Source: Bacilli bacterium
GTDB lineage: Bacteria; Bacillota_I; Bacilli_A; RFN20; CAG-826
Assembly (NCBI GenBank): GCA_045597865.1
Contig: JAZLKX010000025.1
Location: 32,001 to 96,000, forward strand
Direction of reading: 5' to 3'
Length of the DNA stretch: 64,000 nt
The notes under the pieces: generated by a model
The model's input: the letters and a program-made list of their open reading frames with translations, nothing else
Database searches by the model: none
Told to the model about the DNA's origin: nothing
In this document: piece after piece, positions 48,238-55,548 of the stretch
Layout of the letters: every line of letters begins with the position of its first letter
Numbering within the stretch: position 1 is the first letter of the stretch
Program-made: the position numbers and the translations under genes

Positions 48238-50631
48238 ATGTTAGTTTCATTAAATGAATTAAAGAAATACGTTAATCTTGATGGATTAACCCCAGAAGAA
48301 ATTGCTCATAGATTAACCTTCGCTGGTGTTGAAGTAGAATCAATTGAGAAAGTTGCATTTGCATCAAAAGTTGTAGTGGGTGAAGTTATCATGTGTGAAA
48401 ACATGGAAAACTCAGACCACTTACATGTTACTAAAGTAAACGCTGGTCCAAAGTATGGAGTATTAGACATTGTTTGTGGTGCTCCAAACGTAAGAACCGG
48501 TCTTAAAGTCATTGTTGCTTTAGATGGTTGTGAACTCAAAGGTGGCACAATCAGAAATGGCCAAGTAAGGGGACACGTTTCAAATGGTATGCTTTGTTCC
48601 TTAGTTGAACTCGGTGTAGATACAAAGTATCTAAGTGAAGCACAACAAAAAGGAATTGAAGAACTTCAAGCTGATGCAGAAGTAGGTAACGAAGATGTTT
48701 TAGGCTACCTTGGTTTAGACGATACAATTTTAGATCTTAAACTTCTTGCAAATAGACCAGATATGTATTCAGTTTTGAATGCTGCAAGAGAAATCAAAAC
48801 ATTATTCGGAAGAGAAGTAAATCTTCCAGATTACAGAGTAAAAGAAACATTAGTGAGCAAATTCCCTGTTGCCATTAACACTGAAAAATGTTCACAATTC
48901 TCTGCAAGAGTTGTTAAAGGAATTAAAGTTGGTGAATCACCAAAATGGATGAAAGAAGCTTTACGTAGCTCTGGCATTCGTTCAATTAACAACATTGTTG
49001 ATATTGGTAACTACGTCATGCTTTTAACAGGTCAACCACTTCATATGTATGACTTAGACAAACTTGCGAAGCAAGAACTTGTTGTTAGAGATGATTTAGA
49101 GGGTGATTTTGTAGCCTTAGATGAAAAGACTTATAAACTTCAAAAAGGCGATCTTTGCATTACTTCAAATGGCAAAGTTATGTGCCTTGGTGGAGTTATG
49201 GGATCACTTGAATGTGCAGTTGATGAAAATACAAAGAATGTTGTCGTAGAAGCTGCTAACTTTGATTATGCTTCTATAAGAAGAACATCTATTAGACTTG
49301 CACTTGTCTCAGATTCATCACAAAGATTCGTTAAAGGAATTAATCCATCACAATGGAAGTATGTTCAAGATATGACTGCTTCACTTTTAGTTGACCTTTG
49401 CGATGCTAAAGAAATCGGTGAAGTAGTGAATGTTTCAAATAAAGAAGTAAAGCCAGTTGTTATTGAATCAAGTGCTGATTATATAAATGGTAGACTCGGA
49501 ACAAACTTCTCTAAAGAAACAATTGTTGCTTCTTTAGAAGCAGCTTGGATTAAAGTCACTGAAAAAGGTGGCAAGTTAGTTTGTGAAATCCCAGCTCATC
49601 GCATTGATATCACTGGTGAAGCAGACCTTTCAGAAGAAGTTATTAGAATCAATGGTTTTGAAAACATTGAATCAAAACTTCCTGAAATTGAACTTTCAAT
49701 TGGTGGTCTTGAAAAAGATCTCGAAAATAAACGTGCAGTTCGTTCCTACCTTAGAGGTTTAGGAATTGATGAAGCACTTTGCTATTCACTTGTTCGTGAA
49801 AAAGAAGTTAAATCCTTCGCAATCCTTAACAAGGGTGAAGCATACAAGATTTTAAACCCACTTACAGATGAACATGAGTACTTAAGAACTAATGTTCTTC
49901 CAAGCTTACTCAATACACTTTCTTACAACTTAAATCATGGTAATGAAAATGTTGCAATCTTTGAAGTTAGTGATTTGTTCACAACTGATGGAAAGAAACA
50001 TATTCACCTTGCAATCGCATGTGTTGGAAATGATTTAAGAAGAGGCGCAATGAGTGGTGAACCATATAGTTACTATCACCTAAAAGGTGTTTTAGACGGC
50101 TTACTACGCGCATATAATATTGAAGAAAAGCGCACAGTTCTTGAAAGATGCAAAGCAGCAGAATTCCACCCAGGTAAATCTGCAAGCTTAAAGATTGATG
50201 GCAAACCAGCAGCAGTGCTTGGAGAACTTCATCCAAATACATTAAAAGAACTTGGTTTATCAGGCGAAAATGTTGTTGTTCTTGAAGCTGATTTAGGTGT
50301 CATTTTCGGAACCAAAACATCTGCTATTAAGATGAACCAAATCTCTAAATATCAAACAGTTAAACGTGACTTCGCATTCGTTCTTGGAAATGAAGTTACT
50401 TCTAGAGAAGTAGTTAATGAAATTTACAAGGTGAATCGTGAAGTTATTAGAAATGTTGAAGTGTTCGATGTTTATCATGGTGAACACGTTAAAGAAGGAC
50501 ATTATTCACTTGCAGTAAGTGTCTATCTTAATGATATGAATAAGACACTTGGAGAAAATGATATTGTTTCTCTTGAACAAGCAATTATTAAAGCACTTGA
50601 AACAAAGTTTGGTGCAGAGCTTAGAAAATAA
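48238..50631 (+). CDS. pheT: Phenylalanine--tRNA ligase beta subunit
   Basis: IVCGAPNV, GMLCS, NRPD, INNIVDIGNY, GELHP; C-terminal anticodon-binding domain. Confidence 0.98.
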   Translation: MLVSLNELKKYVNLDGLTPEEIAHRLTFAGVEVESIEKVAFASKVVVGEVIMCENMENSDHLHVTKVNAGPKYGVLDIVCGAPNVRTGLKVIVALDGCELKGGTIRNGQVRGHVSNGMLCSLVELGVDTKYLSEAQQKGIEELQADAEVGNEDVLGYLGLDDTILDLKLLANRPDMYSVLNAAREIKTLFGREVNLPDYRVKETLVSKFPVAINTEKCSQFSARVVKGIKVGESPKWMKEALRSSGIRSINNIVDIGNYVMLLTGQPLHMYDLDKLAKQELVVRDDLEGDFVALDEKTYKLQKGDLCITSNGKVMCLGGVMGSLECAVDENTKNVVVEAANFDYASIRRTSIRLALVSDSSQRFVKGINPSQWKYVQDMTASLLVDLCDAKEIGEVVNVSNKEVKPVVIESSADYINGRLGTNFSKETIVASLEAAWIKVTEKGGKLVCEIPAHRIDITGEADLSEEVIRINGFENIESKLPEIELSIGGLEKDLENKRAVRSYLRGLGIDEALCYSLVREKEVKSFAILNKGEAYKILNPLTDEHEYLRTNVLPSLLNTLSYNLNHGNENVAIFEVSDLFTTDGKKHIHLAIACVGNDLRRGAMSGEPYSYYHLKGVLDGLLRAYNIEEKRTVLERCKAAEFHPGKSASLKIDGKPAAVLGELHPNTLKELGLSGENVVVLEADLGVIFGTKTSAIKMNQISKYQTVKRDFAFVLGNEVTSREVVNEIYKVNREVIRNVEVFDVYHGEHVKEGHYSLAVSVYLNDMNKTLGENDIVSLEQAIIKALETKFGAELRK

Positions 50632-51128
50632 TGAAATTAGATGTATTAAGACTTCCATATACTAAAGAAGCAAAGCTTTCTGAAGAAGTTAGCTTTGATC
50701 CTGAAGTATTTAAGTGCCACTTTCCACTAGTGGAAGTTTTAGGCTGCAACACTGATGTGACAGTTCAAAGATTTGAAGAATTTATTTACGTTACGATAAG
50801 CATCAAAGCAAAAGTTATTTTGCAATGCTCTTACACTCTTCAAAATTTTGAAACAGTAGTGAAGGGTGTTGATGAATTACATTTTGCATCTTCTAAAGAA
50901 GATGATGAAGATTGCATTGAGTTTAAGGGCAACACAATTGACCTTGATCAATACATCTTTAACTTATTAAGCGCATCAATTCCTCCTTCTCCAAAAGCTC
51001 CAAATGCCAAAGCACCAGTTTCTGGTAATGGTTATAGAGTTCTATCTCAAGAAGAATTTGAAAGTGAAAGAGAAGAAAAAGGCAATTCCCAATTTGATGC
51101 ATTAAAGGATTTAGATTTTGATGAGTAA
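50631..51128 (+). CDS. YceD/DUF177 (YlbN-like) protein
   Basis: LQCSYTL, IDLDQYI, C-terminal QFDALKDL; position upstream of rsmH as for Bacillus ylbN. Confidence 0.78.
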   Translation: MKLDVLRLPYTKEAKLSEEVSFDPEVFKCHFPLVEVLGCNTDVTVQRFEEFIYVTISIKAKVILQCSYTLQNFETVVKGVDELHFASSKEDDEDCIEFKGNTIDLDQYIFNLLSASIPPSPKAPNAKAPVSGNGYRVLSQEEFESEREEKGNSQFDALKDLDFDE

Positions 51129-52056
51129 ACACGTCTCAGTTTTATTACATGAAACAGTTGATGGATTAAACGTAAAGTCAAATGGCACTTACGTTGATTT
51201 AACTTTGGGCCGTGGTGGGCACTCAAAAGAAGTTCTTAAAAAGTTAGATAATGGCTTACTTGTTGCATTCGATAAAGATGAAACCGCAATTAATGAATCT
51301 AAACAAAATCTCCACGGATTTGAAGGAAATTTCACATTAATTCTCGATGATTTTAGAAATTTCAAATCTCATTTAGATCAAATGGGAATAACTGAAGTTG
51401 ATGGACTTATGGCAGATTTAGGAGTTTCTTCTCCTCAATTTGATGATCCAACAAGAGGGTTTTCCTATAAGGAAAATGCTAGACTCGATATGAGAATGGA
51501 CAAACGTCAAAAGTTGTCTGCATACGAGGTTGTAAATACTTATTCTTTAAATGATTTAACACGCATTTTCAAGGAATATGGTGAAGACAAATATTCCTAT
51601 CAAATCGCGAATAAAATTGTAAAAACTCGTGTAAATTCACCAATTGAGACCACAACTCAATTAGTTGAAATTATTAAGTCTTGTAAACCTCAAAAAGAAC
51701 TTATGAAAAAAGGCCATCCAGCCAAACAAATTTTCCAAGCAATTCGTATTGAAGTTAATGATGAACTTGGTGCTTTAAAAGATGCACTTACTGACGCTCT
51801 CAAAGTACTTAAAGTTGGTGGTAGGGCAGCCTTCATAACATTCCATTCTTTGGAAGATAGACTTGTGAAAACTGCTTTCAATGAAGTTTCAAAAATTGAG
51901 GGTTCTAGACATAATGTATTCGCTCTCCCAACTGAAGAAGATTTACCAAAATATCGTTTAGTTAATAACAAAGTTATTATTCCTAGCGATAAAGAAATGG
52001 AAGAAAACCCAAGAAGTAAGTCTGCAAAACTAAGAATTATTGAAAAAGTTAGGTAG
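51121..52056 (+). CDS. rsmH: 16S rRNA m4C1402 methyltransferase RsmH (MraW)
   Basis: HVSVLL, TLGRGGHS, DLGVSSPQ, FQAIRIEVN, FHSLEDR, NPRSKSAKLR. Confidence 0.98.
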   Translation: MSKHVSVLLHETVDGLNVKSNGTYVDLTLGRGGHSKEVLKKLDNGLLVAFDKDETAINESKQNLHGFEGNFTLILDDFRNFKSHLDQMGITEVDGLMADLGVSSPQFDDPTRGFSYKENARLDMRMDKRQKLSAYEVVNTYSLNDLTRIFKEYGEDKYSYQIANKIVKTRVNSPIETTTQLVEIIKSCKPQKELMKKGHPAKQIFQAIRIEVNDELGALKDALTDALKVLKVGGRAAFITFHSLEDRLVKTAFNEVSKIEGSRHNVFALPTEEDLPKYRLVNNKVIIPSDKEMEENPRSKSAKLRIIEKVR

Positions 52057-52087
52057 TTTTCATTAATTTTCATTTGCTTACATGAAG

Positions 52088-52111
52088 AATGATACTTTGT
52101 ATCATTTTTTT
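52088..52111 (+). terminator. Terminator after rsmH
   Basis: AATGATAC-TTT-GTATCATT plus T-tract. Confidence 0.65.
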
Positions 52112-52126
52112 ATTTTATGAAAATAA

Positions 52127-52190
52127 TGTAATCACTTACATTTTTAATTTTCATGAAAATTCTAGACAAGCGCGCAAATGCATATATAAT
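52127..52190 (+). promoter_or_regulatory. Operator-like palindrome and promoter of lipoprotein C
   Basis: TGTAATCACTTACA (52127-52140); TAGACA-16 nt-TATAAT (52163-52190). Confidence 0.55.
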
Positions 52191-52297
52191 AAACGCAAAA
52201 TTAGGATTTGAATGCGTTCAAGTTCTAAAAGCAATTATGAGACTGAGGTTTCATAAGGGCAAAGAGCGTGAGCTCAAAAGAAAAAGGAGGCTTAATT

Positions 52298-55200
52298 ATG
52301 CCAAACAAGAAATTCTTTTTGCCTATTGTTGCATTATTTTCTGTCGCTGCATTAGCATCATGCGGTCCTAATGAGCCAGAACACGATCCAGAAATTCAAA
52401 AGATCTACAATGCTTATAGGGCAAACGCCGAGGATAAAGGCGAGGCGGTTTTATCCTATGAAGAATGGCTCGCATCCATCAAAGGTGAACAGGGCGAACC
52501 AGGTGCTCAAGGTCCACAAGGTCCTAAAGGCGATAAGGGCGATCAAGGTGATCAAGGCCCAGCCGGTCAAGATGGTCAAGACGGAAAAGACGGCGAAGAT
52601 GGTCAAGACGGCGAAGATGGTCAAGACGGACAAAATGGTAAAGATGGTCAAGACGGAAAAGACGGCGAAGATGGTCAAGACGGCCAAGATGGTCAAGACG
52701 GCCAAGATGGTGAAGACGGAGAAGATGGAAAATCTGCTTTCGAAATTTATTGTGCAGCTCACCCAGAATACAATGGTGATGAAGCTCAATGGATGGACGA
52801 TTTAGTAAATGGTAGATTAGGAAATCATGAAAAAGTTTCTGTCATGTACCTTACTGGTTTCTATGATCCAGATTTCAATCCAGATATTACAGATGATGTA
52901 GATCCATCATGTGTTAAAGTTGAAGGCGCAGTCGATCTTGAAGATGAAAAAGGTTTCAAACTTGAATTAGAAGCAGGCAAACTTGCAGGTAGACCAGGTG
53001 ACCCATCAATTGTCGGTTATGACTTTGAAGGATGGTATTCATTAGGTTTCAAAGCAGATGGATCCGCATTCTATGAACCATTCAATTTCTCACAAACACC
53101 AGTTTCTGGTGACATGATCTTAATTGCTAAATATTCAGCAAAATCATTCGATATTGAAATCATTTGTGGTGATGATGAGTCTTATCATGTTTCATTAAAA
53201 CACAACGAAATTCCAGCCTCAAAACTTCCAGATGAAGTTAAAGCTCCACACGGAACAAAAGTTTTCGCAGGTTTATTCGCTGATGATAAATTCAAATATC
53301 CAATTGATTTAAATGAGCCATATAAGATGGCTTGTGACTATACTGTCTTTGCAAAATATGATGATTATGCAGAAGATGGTGCATATAAGGCAGCAGATGC
53401 TTATGATGGAGATTACAATTATTTCCTCTTCAAGTTTATTAAGGATGGCAATAACGTCTCTCTCTTTAACTTAGCATCTCAATCTGCATATGGAGATTTC
53501 GAATTTGATCATTTCGATGATCTTGGAAATCTTGTCTTCTTCAAAGAAGCTTCAACTGATGCATTAATTGTTACACCTAATGCAGGAACATTTAGTTTCG
53601 TTCTTACTGAAGCTAAAAATGGCGCAGATTACTATGTAAAAGTTTTTGGTGAAAACTTATGGGCTCCAGGAGATTTCTATGGTTCGAAGTTTGATAGAGC
53701 AGCTGCAATGATTTCATCTTCTAAATATATTGCAAACGAAAAATTTGAAGCTGATGCAGAATCATACATGATGTTCCCAGGAGATAGCGTTGGAAGTAAA
53801 CTTTATGATCATATTTCATTCAGTGAAAATGCCTCAATGAAATCATTTACTATTGAAGTAGCTGCTGGTTCAGAAGCTTTCTTCAGTGGTGAAGGTTCAT
53901 ACATGAAACTTACAAATGAAATTGGAGAAGCTCATGTTATTTTACATGACTTTGATGGAAATTCACTTCCATTAACAATTAACAACGTTGAAAAAACTTA
54001 TATTTCAGCAATTGATATTACAGGTGAAGGAATCCAAGATGGTGAAGTTACTCTTGAATTAGGACAAACTTTACAATTAGCAGCTTCTTATTCAATGGAA
54101 GGTGTTAACCAAGATCCAATTATTAAATGGTCTACAAGTTCTTCATCAAAAGTAAGCGTCAATGCAAGTACAGGTTTAATTACTGCTAAGGCAGTTGGTT
54201 CAGCAACAATTACAGTTAAAGACGATGCTAAACCAGCACCAAAAGTTTCAAAAACTCTTACAGTCAATGTTGTACTTCCAGCAATTCCAGAAAAGATGAT
54301 TGGTGCATGGCAAGCATTAGGCTATGATGAATGGTCCGGATGCGATATGCCAATTGATATTAGCGTTTCAGAAAGTGCTGCTGATGTTACATTAAATGCA
54401 GGTGATGGCAAATATAATTATTCTGCTGCTCTTAAATCAGTTGCAGATGGTGTTTATTCATTCCAATCTTCAGAATATTCTGATCCAATCAAATTATCAT
54501 TAAAAGTTGATGGCGATGATGTTTATTTAGTTTCCATGTCTGGTTCATACTTTGAATATGGAGACTGGTCAATTGAAGGAAATCAACAATTAATAGAAGT
54601 TCAAACTTATGCTTTAAGCATTGATTCTGAATTGAGCAATGGTTCTATCCAATTACTTAGCCCGTCAGCTGAAGGACAAGTTCCAGCAGGCAAGGAAGTT
54701 GCATTTGTTGCAAATCCAAGCGAAGGTTACAGAGTCTCATCTATTTCTGTAAATGGTGGCGCTGTTGAAGTAAAAGATAAATGGGATTCTTCTCGCTATG
54801 AATACGTTAAAGTATTTAATATGCCAGCAGGTGATGCCGTTATTTCAGCTTCATTTGAATTAATTGTAAGCCACAATGTTTCAAAAGTTTCTGGCTTAGA
54901 AGGCGGAAAAGTTGTTATTACTGGTGATGCATCAGGCGGTTCAGCAGAAGTTGGTTCAACTGTCTCATTCAGTGCAACTGCTGATGAAGGATACGCATTA
55001 AAATCAGTATTTATTGTTGATCATCCAGAAGTCGAAATTAAGTGGGTTGAAGGTTTCCCAAAAGGACATTACGAGTTTGAAATGCCAGACTTTGATGTTC
55101 AAATCAGTGCTGAATTTGAAGAATCTACCCCAGCACCAGCTGGAGATTGGCCAACAGAAAAAATTAAAGCTGTCTGTTATGGTCAAGAAGTACCTGCACC

Positions 55201-55429
55201 TTCTGTTTTTACAAGTGCAGAAGTAACAACAGAAACTAAGAGTTCTTTAGTAATTACTGTTACTGGCGCTGACTTTACAACTTATTGTCAAGAACTTAAG
55301 GATGCCGGTTTACATGTTGATTCCAGTGGTGCAAATGCTAAGTACGTTTATGATGATGCATATGACAGATGCTTTGATTTGAATAAGTTAGCAGATGGAT
55401 CATTTACATTAACATTTACTATTTGGTAA
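52298..55429 (+). CDS. Giant acidic lipoprotein C: collagen-like repeat, InlB B-repeat-like and Big_2 domains, C-terminal WP module
   Basis: AGGAGG SD then ATG at 52298; lipobox LASC; YEEWLASIKG-(GXY)28-AFEI; GYDFEGWY; KWSTSSSSKVSV; two FxMP..DxxISAxF repeats. Confidence 0.85.
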   Translation: MPNKKFFLPIVALFSVAALASCGPNEPEHDPEIQKIYNAYRANAEDKGEAVLSYEEWLASIKGEQGEPGAQGPQGPKGDKGDQGDQGPAGQDGQDGKDGEDGQDGEDGQDGQNGKDGQDGKDGEDGQDGQDGQDGQDGEDGEDGKSAFEIYCAAHPEYNGDEAQWMDDLVNGRLGNHEKVSVMYLTGFYDPDFNPDITDDVDPSCVKVEGAVDLEDEKGFKLELEAGKLAGRPGDPSIVGYDFEGWYSLGFKADGSAFYEPFNFSQTPVSGDMILIAKYSAKSFDIEIICGDDESYHVSLKHNEIPASKLPDEVKAPHGTKVFAGLFADDKFKYPIDLNEPYKMACDYTVFAKYDDYAEDGAYKAADAYDGDYNYFLFKFIKDGNNVSLFNLASQSAYGDFEFDHFDDLGNLVFFKEASTDALIVTPNAGTFSFVLTEAKNGADYYVKVFGENLWAPGDFYGSKFDRAAAMISSSKYIANEKFEADAESYMMFPGDSVGSKLYDHISFSENASMKSFTIEVAAGSEAFFSGEGSYMKLTNEIGEAHVILHDFDGNSLPLTINNVEKTYISAIDITGEGIQDGEVTLELGQTLQLAASYSMEGVNQDPIIKWSTSSSSKVSVNASTGLITAKAVGSATITVKDDAKPAPKVSKTLTVNVVLPAIPEKMIGAWQALGYDEWSGCDMPIDISVSESAADVTLNAGDGKYNYSAALKSVADGVYSFQSSEYSDPIKLSLKVDGDDVYLVSMSGSYFEYGDWSIEGNQQLIEVQTYALSIDSELSNGSIQLLSPSAEGQVPAGKEVAFVANPSEGYRVSSISVNGGAVEVKDKWDSSRYEYVKVFNMPAGDAVISASFELIVSHNVSKVSGLEGGKVVITGDASGGSAEVGSTVSFSATADEGYALKSVFIVDHPEVEIKWVEGFPKGHYEFEMPDFDVQISAEFEESTPAPAGDWPTEKIKAVCYGQEVPAPSVFTSAEVTTETKSSLVITVTGADFTTYCQELKDAGLHVDSSGANAKYVYDDAYDRCFDLNKLADGSFTLTFTIW
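52484..52735 (+). repeat. Collagen-like Gly-X-Y repeat (28 triplets) with a 44-bp perfect direct repeat
   Basis: 9-nt GAYGGNNAA units; 52569-52612 is identical to 52641-52684. Confidence 0.9.
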
Positions 55430-55450
55430 TCCTAAATTAACAAAATACTA

Positions 55451-55480
55451 AACCAATCACTTCGGTGGTTGGTTTTTTTT
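55451..55480 (+). terminator. Intrinsic terminator with cUUCGg loop
   Basis: AACCAATCAC-TTCG-GTGGTTGGTT plus T-tract. Confidence 0.9.
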
Positions 55481-55548
55481 ATTTAACAAGGTTAAAACAA
55501 TAGTGTAATATATATGTAATTTATTTCCGTCAAAGAAGGAAACAAATT

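Noticed and set aside
52194-52280. c-di-GMP-I (GEMM) riboswitch suggested by GGGCAAA, ACGCAAA and a GNRA loop
   Set aside because: Elements are in the wrong order and no tetraloop-receptor P2 stem is evident; kept only as an unknown structured leader
52153-52371. 72-aa ORF, and the GTG start at 52268 for lipoprotein C
   Set aside because: Overlaps the promoter and leader; the AGGAGG SD and signal peptide point to ATG 52298
52484-52735. Possible CRISPR-like repeat array
   Set aside because: 9-nt in-frame coding units without unique spacers; no cas genes in the window
52371-52805. Alternative-frame repetitive ORFs (KMVKTAK...; also 52451-52789, 1005-1232, 1021-1215)
   Set aside because: By-products of the Gly-X-Y coding repeats, which lack stops in other frames
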